DNA of 64,000 bases from the human T2T-CHM13v2.0 reference genome, Homo sapiens. Position 1 is the stretch's first letter; the number at the start of each line of letters is the position of its first letter. The position numbers were made by a program, and so were the translations under genes. The stretch lies in the NCBI RefSeq assembly GCF_009914755.1, contig NC_060945.1; one strand, given 5' to 3'. Under the pieces are notes generated by a model. The model did not search any database. It saw only the letters and a program-made list of their open reading frames with translations, and was not told where the DNA came from. Positions 14,176 through 29,585 of the stretch are shown in pieces.

Positions 14176-15614
14176 AGGCACTTCCTGTGATCTCCAAGCC
14201 TGAGGCTTTATGCTTGGTGGGTGGGGTCTGCCTCCACCCTCTGTCCAGACCAAGGACCCCCTCAGCCTGCAGAGCAGTGCTGCAGCTTCGGGAATGTGCT
14301 GTGTGAGCTCCCTTCTGTCTTAGACCCCCTCTTCCCTCTGAGCTCTGCGGTTGGAAGGTGGAACTTCTCCTCCTCCTATTTTCCTCCCCAACATTCACTG
14401 CCTTGTCTTTTGTTCTGCTTTCTGGGAGATGTTCTTGAATGTCCGAACTTCCTCCTGCATTTTAAATTTCTGCCCTCCCAGGTTTCATTTCCAAGAGCTC
14501 ATTTCTGCTCTCTGCTTGTTCTTTTTTTACAGCTTCCTGTTCCTGTTTCATGAGTGCAATGTCTTTTTTTCTTCATCTTTCCTGCTGTGGTGGGGTTTTC
14601 CAGCAGGAAAACTCAGAGCTGGGTGGGAGGGCTCTGCCATGGTTCGTGAGTTTGCTCCCCTTTCCCCATGGGCTGTGTTGGTTGAAAAGAACTCTCTCCC
14701 TCCCCCAACTCCTCGTCAAATTCAAATGCTCACAGGGTCTCCAATATTCAGCGACCTTTCATGGATTAAATTCTGAGCCATTCTTTTGCCCCTAGAAGGT
14801 TGTCCTCTATAGAATAGCGTAAAACTGTTAGGAGATTGTTAGAACAAAGTCTTGCAGGCACCTTCACTTGGCAGAAGAATCGATCAAACTCCATTTAGAA
14901 GGGAGCTCATTGAAGGGGCCTTGGTTTCCCGTTTCCTTTGTAACCAAGACAGTTCTTTCCAGAGGGAGTAGATTTGGCTTGACCCTGCATCTCAGCCCAG
15001 GTTCCCAGTGGCCACATGCCAACATTTGATGGGGGTGGGGAGGTGCAGTCCCAGGGGAGAGAGGAGGGGGGGGTGGGGAGAAGGGGAGGGAGGGAGAGCA
15101 GGCTGTGGCTCTGCAGTCCTGAGCTGGCCTCAGCCTTCAGAGAGGACAGTGGACATCCTGGAGAGGCCACGGGGAGCCACTGCATCCTGGAAGAGTTGAG
15201 TGTGGTAGCCTGAGCCCTGGCCTTGATTCTGCGACCTCGGGTGTGAACTCACCAGGTAGAAGACGGGGACGCTGGCAGGGACGCAGACCGTGCCTGAGCC
15301 GGCCTTCCTGTGTGGGCCCAGATACCGGCTCAGGTCCCACCTCCCCTGGTGCTGTCCACACCAGGACAGCAGAAGCCTCATGCCTGGTCCCCAGGGATAC
15401 GGTTCTGAATCAAAACCTCTCACGGCACATCGAATTGAGCCTGACCAACGCCTGGGTCCTGGCAGTGGAGGCTGGGAGGAGAGTGTCTGGGATTCTGTCC
15501 GGGGAGGCAGGGCTGTCACTGTGGGGAGCTATGAACATGGATGGGGCTTGCTGAAGAGACTCAAGCAGCTCGGGGGTCAGAACAGCTCCGAGAACCACGT
15601 CCTCCTCCCACTTT

Positions 15615-15712
15615 GGGATCTGGGCCAAGTCTCCCTGCCTGTCTGGGCCTTGGTTCCCTCCTCTGTAAGTGTGTGGAGGACAAGGTGACCTCTAAGACCT
15701 GTCCAGTTCTGG
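15615..15712 (+). mobile_element. MIR fragment
   Basis: tgggccaagtc...ctgggccttggttccctcctctgtaa...tgacctctaag core. Confidence 0.55.
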
Positions 15713-15989
15713 GGTCCCACCCCTGAGGACTTTGCAGCCTGGGCTGGCAGCCCTGAATGATACGGGGGACACCTGCAGGGGCCGCACCCCTGCATAGACT
15801 GCAGTTAATTCTGGGTTAAGCAAAGCCTGTGTTTCCCACACGGGCCCAGCTTCTGATGTCTGGAAAGATGAGGACCCGCACTTGCTTCCATCAGCAGCAT
15901 GTCCTGTGCACACGAAGGTTGCACCGTCCTAAAAACACCACTGCGATGACGATCTGAGCTTTTAAGTGTCTCCTGCTGTCTGCAGCACG

Positions 15990-16694
<705 letters not shown>

Positions 16695-16714
16695 TCTCTT
16701 TTTGAAAAGAAGTG

Positions 16715-17005
16715 ACCAACACATTTTATGAGATAATGTAATCTCAACATCAAAAAAATGAGGACATTACAAGAAAGGATAATTACTGGCCAATCTTAAT
16801 TATTAGAAAAATACTTTTCAAAACAGCAAAGAAAATATTAGCAAAATTAATCAAGTAATGGATTTTGTCCCAGGAACTCAGGTTTAGTAAAACATTACAA
16901 AAGGTACCCAGATAATGCACCAGTCTCACCAGTTAAAGGAGAAAAGACATGTGCCTGTATCCGCTGGTTCATAGCTGATATTCAATAAAATTCAACAAAG
17001 CAATG
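16715..17005 (+). mobile_element. Old L1 ORF2 fragment
   Basis: A-rich, with gacattacaagaaag, aaaatattagcaaa and aataaaattcaaca L1 motifs. Confidence 0.65.
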
Positions 17006-17099
17006 ACCTCAACAGGAGAAAGATTTTCTTCCAAAAATCTACAGAAAATGCTTGATGAAAAAAAAAAAAAAAAGAATTTTTTTTTTAAGTGATGGGGTC

Positions 17100-18616
17100 C
17101 TCTCCCTCTCCCTCTCCCTCTCCCTCTCCCTCTCCCTCTCCCTCTCCCTCTCCACGGTCTCCCTCTCTCTCCACGGTCTCCGTCTGATGCTGAGCCCAGG
17201 CTGGACTGTACTGCCGCCATCTCGGCTCACTGCAACCTCCCTGCCTGATTCTCCTGCCTCAGCCTGCCGAGTGCCTGGGATTGCAGGCGCGCGCCGCCAC
17301 GCCTGACTGGTTTTCGTATTTTTTGGTGGAGACAGGGTTTCGCCGTGTTGGCCGGGCTGGTCTCCAGCTCCTGACCGCAAGTGATCTGCCTGCCTCGGCC
17401 TCCGGAGGTGCCGGGATTGCAGACGGAGTCTCGCTCACTCAGTGCTCAATGTTGCCCAGGCTGGAGTGCAGTGGCGTGATCTCGGCTCGCTACAACCTCC
17501 ACCTCCCAGCCACCTGCCTTGGCCTTCCAAAGTGCTGAGATTGTAGCCTCTGCCTGGCCGCCACCCTGTCTGGGAAGTGAGGAGCGTCTCTGCCTGGCCG
17601 TCCATCGTCTGGGATGTGAGGAGCCCCTCTGCCCGGCCGCCCAGTCTGGGAAGTGAGGAGCGCCTCTTCCCGGCCGCCATCCCGTCTAGGAAGTGAGAAG
17701 TGTCTCTGCCCGGCCGCCCATCGTCTGGGATGTGGGGAGCGCCTCTGCCCCACCGCCCTGTCTGGGATGTGGGGAGCGCCTCTGCCCGGCTGCGACCCCG
17801 TCTGGGAACTGAAGAGTGTCTCTGCCCGACTGCCACCCCGTCTGGGAGGTGAGGAGTGTCTATGCCCGGCCGCCCCGTCTGAGAAGTGAGGAGCCCCTCC
17901 GCCTGGCAGCTGCCCCGTCTGGGAAGTGAGGAGCCCCTCCGCCCGGCAGCCGCCCCGTCCAGGAGGTGGGGGGCAGCCCCCGCCCGGCCAGCCGCCCCAT
18001 ACGGGAGGTGGGGGGTGCCTCTGCCTGGCCGCCCCGTCTGGGAAGTGAGGAGCCCCTCTGCCCGACCACCACCCCGTCTGGGAGGTGTACCCAACAGCTC
18101 ATTGAGAAGGGGCCATGATGACGATGGCGGTTTTGTCGAAAAGAAAAGGGGGAAATATGGGGAAAAGAAAGAGAAATCAGATTGTTACTGTGTCTGTGTA
18201 GAAAGAAGTAGACATAGGAGACTCCATTTTGTTCTGTACTAAGAAAAATTATTCTGCCTTGGGATGCTGTTAATCTATGACCTTACCCCCAACCCCGTGC
18301 TCTCTGAAACATGTGCTGTGTCCACTCAGGGTTAAATGGATTAAGGGCGGTGCAAGATGTGCTTTGTTAAACAGATGCTTGAAGGCAGCATGCTCCTTAA
18401 GAGTCATCACCACTCCCTAATCTCAAGTACCCAGGGACACAAACACTGCGGAAGGCCGCAGGGTCCTCTGCCTAGGAAAACCAGAGACCTCTGTTCACAT
18501 GTTTATCTGCTGACCTTCCCTCCACTATTGTCCTATGACCCTGCCAAATCCCCGTCTCCGAGAAACACCCAAGAATGATCAATAAATACTAAAAAAAAAT
18601 AAAAAAATAAAAAAAA
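17100..18616 (+). mobile_element. Full-length SVA retrotransposon (older, SVA_A/B-like)
   Basis: (CCCTCT)n 17100-17153; antisense Alu-like domain about 17160-17540; GC-rich VNTR about 17540-18085; SINE-R to AATAAA 18581-18586; A-rich tail to 18616. Subfamily is inferred from GCTCACTCAGTGCTCAATGTTGCCC and GACATAGGAGACTCCATTTT. Confidence 0.97.
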
Positions 18617-19320
<704 letters not shown>

Positions 19321-19344
19321 TCAGAGGGGCTTCTTGTAAGTTAG

Positions 19345-19686
<342 letters not shown>

Positions 19687-20809
19687 TGACACCTGCCCAA
19701 GTCCTCGTAGGTCTCCTCAGGTCCTGTTGGGTCGTCAGGGCTGAGGTCGGCTGAGGGTTGGGTGTTCACAGGCTGATTTTAGGCTGGGCCTGCTGACCAC
19801 AGGGCCTGGGAGTGAACCCCATGTCCCCGAGGCCTCTTCCCTGGTCTCCATCCTATCCTCAGGTAACCTTGGCCTCTGCTTCATCTTGGATAAACTGTGG
19901 CCCCACAGAGGCCTCAGAAAGCAAAACCCTGCCCCTGGGAGGTTCTCGTCCCATTTCAGCTCCTTTTCTAATTCGGTGGTGAGACAGCAAAGCTGAGCCT
20001 AGAGTGGCTGTGCAGACAGGCCCCCAGCCAAAGGCCCTGGGTCTTCCAGCAGCTTTCGTTGTCACCGGGACCTGGCCTGCTCCCAAGGTTCCCGAGAGCA
20101 GTGGGGCTGTCCCCCACACCCAGGTCCCATCAGCGAGGCTGGGGGCTCCTCTCCCCTCGCTGATGGACGGGGAAGCCAGGCTCGCTTTCCTTCCGGGTCC
20201 TCGATTCTCGCTGGATCAACAGTGTCACAAGTCAGACTCCTTAAAACTGCTTTCCAAGGGAACCCAAAATATCTGTTTCTAGAAGTGTTGGCATTGAAGA
20301 GCTGGAGATGACTCACAGCCCAGCCAGTGTCTCCTCTTCCACACCCACACTGCTGGGTCTATTTCTAGACAGCTTGGTTGTGTGTGGAGTTCAGGGAACC
20401 TGGATCTTCCAGCATCTTGTCTTAACTGGAACGTTCCATCAGTGGTTCTGTCCAGAGTATCTAGCGAGCTGTTTACAGCCACTCCCCTGAAGCTCAGAGG
20501 CAATGATGAGCCCTCCCAGTGATCAAAGACAAAGTCACTTATGTTCCACATCATTGCCCCTTGCATTGATAGGTGTTTAAGTGCATCCTGGAGGTTTTCT
20601 GAGGCAGGCAGTTGGCGTATGGAAGTGGTCATCATGGAAGTCACACTCGTGTTTGTGCTGCTTTCAGGAGGCCTTCGTCCCAAGCCCTGCACCCCACCCT
20701 GGCCATAATGCTTAGTGTCACCCCCATCCCTGGGGCAGGAAGCCAAGGGCCAGAGTAGCCCCTGCCTGTGAGCAGTGAGGGGCTGTCCAGTGCTTTCATT
20801 CAATCCATC

Positions 20810-20930
20810 CCAGTTTTCTCGTCAACAAAGTGAGGATGAGAATGCCTCAGAATCACAATGCTTACCTTTCAGGGTTGTTTTGAGGAGTAAGAGATGACAC
20901 ACGAGCAGGGTGCACACAGCAGGCACTCCA
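20810..20930 (+). mobile_element. MIR fragment
   Basis: cagttttctcgtc..aaagtgaggatga...agggttgttttgagga. Confidence 0.55.
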
Positions 20931-22871
20931 TGTGTGCAGGGATCAGCGTGCACACAGCAGGCACTCCATGTGTGCAGGTCCCTCCTCCTCCTGGATGTTT
21001 ATCAAGCGCCTCCCTGACAGTGCCCCGTGTTCGCTGCAGGCGCCGTGCCCAATGGGGAGAGGCCCCTGGATCGAGTCCGGGTGGGTGCGGCTCCACCTCT
21101 TCCAGCTCCAGACCAGGAAGAGCCTCTCAAGCTGCTTTTCAGGGCCATGTGGAACGGAGGCTGGTGCCACTGTCTGATGGCTCAATGGCTGCAGACCATC
21201 GGCTATGTCTAAATCCATAAAAGTCCTAAATGAGCTAACAAACCATTCATGAGATCTTTTCCATCCTCCTACTGGACACGCGTATTTCCACGAAGACCCG
21301 GAAGGCCCGTTAGAACTCGGAAACGGGCTGCTCTAGGTTGGGTTCTGGAAGATGGCGTCAGGAGCTCCGGCCTCAGCCCCAGCCTGCAGCCTCCTCTTCC
21401 TAGCCAGGACCCTCCGGCACCACCACAGCCCTCAGCAAATAGCTGTCCTTGGCTGCCCCTCGGGCCTGGGGTGGTCCCCTTGGAGGAAGGACCTGGGAGA
21501 GGCTCATGCAGACCCCAGAGGCCGGCTGGGGTCTTTGGGCAGAGAAATCTCTGTCTGGGGCCCTGGAATGTGGTCTAGAAGGTGAGGGTGGGGGCCTCTG
21601 GGCGGAAGTTCCCTGGGCCCTGCGACCGCCCTGCCCTCCGGGATGGGGGTCCCTCTCACGTGTCCTCTCACAGCCTGGGTCTCCAGGCCCCGCCATGGGG
21701 AGATCAGCTTGGCAAAGGCACACCCAGCGCTGCACCTCCTGGCCCCCGGAGCTTCACCTGGAGGTTAGGGCAGAACTTTGTCCATCAGGAACTGGGGGTT
21801 CAGCCGTCTCCACCCCTCCCCATCCTGCCCTGGGAGCAGCTGTCCCCAGGCTCAGGGGCTCCTTTGGCCTCTTGGCAGGGTTCTCAGGGGCACCAGCAGT
21901 GAGCTGCCCGCAGTACCCAGTGGTGCCCAGCAGGGAGGTGGCCCCTGCCACCCACTGGCTTACTTGGCCACAGTGAGATGTCCCCATGCAGGATCCCGCA
22001 CTAGCTCGGCTTGCTGAGAACCCGGCCAAGGCAGGTATCAAATACGGTAACCCGAGAAGAGAGGAATTTCGACAGCCCCGTACACAAGGAGAGCATGATC
22101 CAGCACCCGGCGCCAGGTCTGCTCTGACGGCACGGCCAGAACAGCGGGTCCCGCACGTTCCCGCTCATGGAAATCCAGCGCCCAGCGCCACATCTCTGAC
22201 TGCAGGGCCAGGACGGTGGGTCCCGCACGTTCCCGCTCATGTGGAAAGGCTACACCACTTAGTAGAAGAGGGTTTTATCACAGAAGCTAGTGCTAAGGGG
22301 ACTGCAGCGTGACCGCCATCCCTCATCTTGTTTGCTCACTGTGTGCGCCAGCACAGACCCTGCCGACCCGCTGTGGACACACTGAGGAAGGGGCGTGGGG
22401 AGGCCGGAGGAGACAGGAGCCCTCCCACCACGCCCCTCCCCTGGCACAGGGCTGCATTTGCCCTCAGCCTCCAACTTAGGGCTGCACAGAGGGGCAGAAC
22501 TGGGGGTGCTGAGGTCCAGGATTGGGAGGGGCTTAAAGCCTGAGAGGAGAAGAGAAGGAGAAGCAGCAAATTAGCACAAGGTGGCCCAGGAAGGGGACCA
22601 GGAAGTGACCGTGTGAGGTGGCCGTGTCCACCCACTGCTAGGGTCAGATCCCTGGGCCGGATCCTGAGCTGCCCTCTGGAGAAGGCAGCCCTCCAGGCCT
22701 AGGCATCCCTGGGCTTCCCCAGGGCGAGCAGAAGCAGCTGGGAAGCCTGTCCCACGGGAGGGACATCACAGGGCCCTTAAGCCGAGAGAGATGCATCTGG
22801 GTGTGGGGGGTATGGGGTGGGGTCTCGGTTGAGCAGCAGTTCAGGGAGGGCCGCAGCAAGCTCAGCCGGCA

Positions 22872-23935
<1,064 letters not shown>

Positions 23936-23944
23936 AAGGACACA

Positions 23945-24410
23945 GCAAGAACCATAAAAGAAAATTGGATATATTGGACTTCATCAAAATTGAAAAGTTC
24001 TGCTTATTAAGAGACATCATTACAAAATAAATAGACAAGCCATAGACTGAGAGAAAAATATTTGTAAACTACACATTTGTCAATAAAAAGAAAAACAAGG
24101 CAACTAAAAATGGGCAAACAATCTGAACAGGCACGTCACGAAAGATGGCACACAGATGGCCAATAAGCACGCGAAACAGTGCTTGACATCATCAGACACT
24201 GAGGAAATAAAAGTTAAAACCACATGAGATATGTCATCAGAAAGGCTAAAGCTAAAATGATGGGGTGTTTAGCTGTGGTGGAGGCCCCTGGAATCCCTGC
24301 TGCACACTGCAGGTGGGTGTGTAAATGGTACAATCCCTTTGATACAAGATCTGGCAATTTCTTATAAAGCTAAATATACAACTACCCTATAACCTAGCAA
24401 CTGCTCTACT
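23945..24410 (+). mobile_element. Old L1 (L1M) ORF2/3' fragment
   Basis: ttggacttcatcaaaattgaaaagttctgc, gacaagccatagactgagagaaaaatatttg. Confidence 0.8.
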
Positions 24411-24426
24411 GAATTTTTATGGAGAG

Positions 24427-24560
24427 ATGGGGCATGGTGGCGTGTGCCTGTAATCCCAGGCTTGAGGCAGGAGAATCACTTGAACCCAGGAGGTGGAGGT
24501 TGCAGTGAGCCGAGATCACACCAGCCTGGGTGAAAGAGCAAGACCTTGTCTCAAAAAACA
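24427..24560 (+). mobile_element. Alu right monomer
   Basis: Single arm with internal deletions and an A-rich tail. Confidence 0.8.
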
Positions 24561-24749
24561 AAGAAACCACAAACAACGCCCCCCCCCACCCCCAAAACAC
24601 CTGTACTCAAGTGTCAAGATTTGATAAAACTGATACTTCCAGGCCATCAAGCACGTCAGGTGTTTGGTGATGAAGGATCCGATGTCCATTAGTAGAGCTT
24701 GGGGCCATGGCCTTGATTTGTGCTAAGACACCAGCAGTTTAAAAGCACA

Positions 24750-25020
24750 CTGTGGTAAAATACACATTTACCATCCTGCCCATGTTTAGGGGTCCCATTC
24801 GGTGGCACTAAGAGCACCCACATTGCTGTGCAACTTCACCACCCCGGAGCTGCTTCAGCTTTCCAAACTGGAACTCCGTCCCCATGAAACACTCCCTCCC
24901 CACCCCCCGCCAGCACCTACGCTTCACCTGCTGTCTGTGTGGGTCAGACTCCTCTAGGGACCTAAGTGGGGTCACACAGCATTTGGCTCTCGTGCCTGGC
25001 TTCTTTGAGCGTAATGTCCC
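24750..25020 (-). mobile_element. L1MB-type 3' end fragment
   Basis: tgtggtaaaatacacatttaccatc...cacattgctgtgcaac...ccaaactggaactccgtccccatgaaaca. Confidence 0.7.
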
Positions 25021-25762
25021 CACATGTCAGAATTGCCGGCACCCCCGGCTTTACCTGCCATTGCTTCTGTACCATCGACAGTGCAAATGTGAGTCCCATA
25101 ACAAAACATCTCGAGGAACATCTCAGTCTTGCCATGAAAATAGTTCGGATCTCCCAGACCCCCCAGGGCATCAGATGAGTCCACACAGGAGAACCCCACA
25201 CCCCGTGGCCTCTACCCGCAGACACAACTGAGGTTATCACCACACTTCTACTCAAACGGGAACATTCTCCACAAAGCCACAGTGCTGGCGCCACACTGAG
25301 GAAATTCACAGCAGTGTCTTTCTGTTGGAGCCCAATATCCAGTCCACACTCAGGCTCCCAGCTGAGCCAGCGTGTCACACGCGGTGTTCTTCCAAACCAG
25401 CGCCAAGACTCACGCTCTCCTTGGCCGCGGGTTTCTTGTCCCTGTTGTGGCAGAAGCCCCCAGCCCTCCCCACTTTTCCTCCTCCGTGACAGTTTGAGGA
25501 CACTGACTCGGAAGAGAAGGCACACCCAGGGCACAGCCCTCCCCAGTGCTCCTGAAACAGGCAGTGCTGTCTACAGCAGGCGTCTCGGCAGCGTGGAGAC
25601 AGAAGTCACCTGGCTGCCGGCTTCCATCTCGGATTTGGTGCTGCTTTGGGTGATGGACGTGGAGAGGGAACCCCAGTGTCAGCGGTGCCTGTGACCCTCA
25701 GGCAACGTGAAACGCAGCTGCTTCCACATGCCAGGAAGGCTGTTAGAAAATCCTGCATGTCT

Positions 25763-26080
<318 letters not shown>

Positions 26081-26399
26081 TCACTGCCGTCGCCGCCAGG
26101 AGTCACTCAGTGGTCATTGGACTGTGCCCCAGCGGTGGGATCAGCTTCCCATGGGTGGCCGCCGGCACCAGGCTGGTTGGTCACCGCAAACCCACACTGC
26201 CTTCCCACGCCAGCTCAGGAGCCGACGTTGCTTCTCGGTGTCCTCAGCCACAGCCCTTGTTCATCAGACACGAAGGGAGCTCACCAAGGACCACCCAATG
26301 GTGCAGAGTTCTTATCCAGCCACATAACGGCCTTCACACAGCTGCCCTTCAGGAAACAATATTTAACTCTAACCTGCCTATGTGTGCATGCACTGTCTT

Positions 26400-26575
26400 G
26401 TTATTAAATGCGCCAACATATTACTTTAATATTTCGATAACTTTTTCACTTTAATTGGTTTTCTTTGCAATCAGATGTGTTTTATCTTACGGATTTGTCA
26501 ACATCATTTGAGAAGAAGTCCATAGGCTCAGCAGATTTTTATGCCAGGTGGGCCATGGCATAAAAATGTGAAGAA
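26400..26575 (+). mobile_element. hAT-Charlie DNA transposon fragment (Charlie4-like)
   Basis: tgagaagaagtccataggctc...ggccatggcataaaaatgtgaagaa resembles the recalled Charlie4 terminus. Confidence 0.5.
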
Positions 26576-26576
26576 T

Positions 26577-26632
26577 GTGCTCACTTAGACAATACGTGTG
26601 CTAAAATTGGAACAATACAGAGAAGATTAGCA
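26577..26632 (+). pseudogene. U6 snRNA retropseudogene, 3'-truncated (U6 nt 1-56)
   Basis: GTGCTCACTTAGACAATACGTGTGCTAAAATTGGAACAATACAGAGAAGATTAGCA matches U6 1-56 at 47/56 by manual comparison; ACAGAGA box intact; short A-rich tail and a degraded TSD. Confidence 0.92.
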
Positions 26633-26661
26633 AATTAAAACAATGTTAGGAAGTCAGTGTG

Positions 26662-26965
26662 GTGAGGTACGGTGCCTCATGCCTGTAATCCCAGCACTTT
26701 GGGAGGCCGAGATGGAAGGACTGCTTGAGACCAAGAGGTTGTGACCAGCCTGGACAACAGAGGAGACCCTGTCTCTGCTAAAAATAAAAAATTAGCTGGG
26801 TGTGGTGGTGCATGCCTGCAGTTCCAGCTACTTAGGAGGCTGAGGTGGGAGGATCGCTTGAGCCCAGGAATTTGAGGCTGCAGTGAGTTATGACCGCACC
26901 ACTGCACTCCAGCCTGGGCGACAGAGCGAGACCCTGTCTCAAAAAACAAACACAAAACAAACCCC
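26662..26965 (+). mobile_element. AluJ
   Basis: GGAGGATCGCTTGAGCCCAGGAATTTGAGGCTGCAG. Confidence 0.9.
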
Positions 26966-27438
26966 AACAACCTTGGTCTGGAGGATCCATCCAGGTCAAA
27001 ACGTGTGCAGGGTCCTGTGGAGGATCTGGGGGTTCACGCTGCCCTCATGTGAGGCCACGGTGTGGATCATCCCATGGGTGGGGACACCAAATGGACCGCT
27101 TGGTGGGGGTGGTGACCTTGAGAGCTCTCTTTTGTGAGGGTCCTTGGCAGTGAGCAAGTCGCCGGCTCAGCAGCACCACAGACGCGGCTTTCCCACACAC
27201 CCCCAGGGTTTCGGCAGCCAGTGTTCACCCCTGCCTGAATCAGCCGTTCCCCGAGGGGGCTGGTGTCTGGAGACGTTCTCAGTCGGCTGTTCCTGCCACA
27301 CTTCTTAGCTGACATTTTCTGTAAGGAGAAGCTGTTCCTCATTAACTAGAAAAGGCCGGTGACTGGTGATCACTTTCCTTTCAAAGCCAATCTTCAGAGG
27401 GAGGGATTCGCAGGATGTCATCTCTGGGTGACAAATGA

Positions 27439-27789
<351 letters not shown>

Positions 27790-28890
27790 TAGTACTAGTT
27801 TACGATCAAAATAATCGATTGCTCTTTTTAATGTTCCAAATGACCCACACTTGGCCAGTGGGAGCCCCTGGCGGCCCAGCTGTCCACCCTGCCGGACGTG
27901 GGTAAGTGTCCTCACCTCTGGCATGACCAGGTGCCAGGCACACTAGGACCTCAACTGCCCCACCCTGGAGCTAGCCCCTTCTCCGAAGAGAGTGTCCCAC
28001 CAACCTGAGTGGCAGGGCGTGAAAGCATGGCCCTCCTGCAGGCACAGAACGCAGCCTCCCTCTGCCTCAAGCTGTCCTGTGTGGCCGTTTCCCTCTCTCT
28101 CATCGACCCTTCCAGGCCCAGGATTTTCGGGGGGCCTAGAGCGTACGCGCTTTCCATTTTTAAGGCTTCTTTTCCCATATGCTGCATGAGGTGCCCTCCT
28201 CGGACATCCAAGGCCCTGCCAAGGGTTTCCAACACGTGTCCATGACAAAACACCAGGTCCTTCTCCTCCCCTCACCCTGTGCCCCCACAAGTCCATCAGT
28301 AAGTCATGCTAGCCCCACCTGGACGATGTTTCCAGCATCTGACCTGCCCTCCAGGCTGCCCTCACCCAGGCCTGCATGCTCCCTGCGCCCCCATCCCCAG
28401 TGCACATGGCTCCCTGTAGCCCTGTGACTTTGCAGATAAGGCTATGTCTCTGAGTCCCTCGTCACCAATGAGGCAGCTGTGGGCAACGGGGAAGGCAGGC
28501 AACTTGGCCTCCCGAGCAGGTGACATGTGAGGTTGGCAGCAGCTCCCAGGGAGTCACCGCGGCAGGGACTCCCAAGGTTCCTGAGAGTGCTTGAGAGCTG
28601 TCACCTCGCTCCTGGCCTTCCTTAGGGTCCTGTCCAGCAGCTGCGAGAGGCTTTGAGCACCTGCGTCTGAACCCTTCTCCTCGGAACACCTGGAGTGGCT
28701 TCCACTCTCTGGGCCAGATCTGACTGATAGCCCCAGACAGCCCTTCCCTGCACAGGGTCAGGGGCAGTGGAGATGACCCCTTCCCGGGGCCTCCCTGTGA
28801 CTGGCAGGAAATGTCAGCGACCACCGGCCACCTTCCCACTTGACTCATACCTTAGTTTTCCATCATGACTGTTTCAATGGTGATTTATAA

Positions 28891-29202
<312 letters not shown>

Positions 29203-29229
29203 AGATGCCAGATTGTTTTTTTAAAAAAG

Positions 29230-29585
29230 CGTGTGACAGTTCCTCAAAAGCTTAAACATATGAAACATGGAGTTGTCATGTGACACAGCAATTCCGCTCC
29301 TAGGACAGACCCAGAATACTGAAATCAGGGACTCAAAGAGATGCTTGCCCCAAGAGGCTTAGAGTGGCACTCACAATGCCAAAAGCTGGAATCAATCCAG
29401 GGTTCCTTGACAAACAAATGGGCAAACTTAGAGTGGCACCCGGCCTGCTGAACATATTTTGGCTCCTGTGCGGGCTGCATCTTTTGTCAGTGGGTGTCTA
29501 TCACCCATATAATCTCTGGCACTGCACTCCAGCCTGGGCGATAGAGCAAGGCTCCATCTCAAAACAAACAAACAAACAAACAAAC
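29230..29585 (+). mobile_element. L1 fragment (to about 29425) and a 5'-truncated Alu end (29519-29585)
   Basis: gacagttcctcaaaagcttaaacata...cagcaattccgctcctagg; GCACTGCACTCCAGCCTGGGCG followed by (CAAA)n. Confidence 0.65.

Noticed and set aside
17058-17086. A16-GAA-T10 hairpin
   Set aside because: Explained by an A-run abutting the antisense FLAM tail
17435-18242. Repetitive ORFs (LLTSQTG.., PPRLG..)
   Set aside because: Translations of the SVA VNTR
20279-20803. 174-aa minus ORF with more protein-like composition
   Set aside because: No recognisable homologue or convincing splice structure; may be an ancient repeat. Needs BLAST/Dfam
20910-20978. Twin TGCACACA...TGTGTGCA hairpins as a structured RNA
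   Set aside because: 8-bp low-complexity stems within a MIR-associated 38-bp duplication; no evidence of an RNA gene
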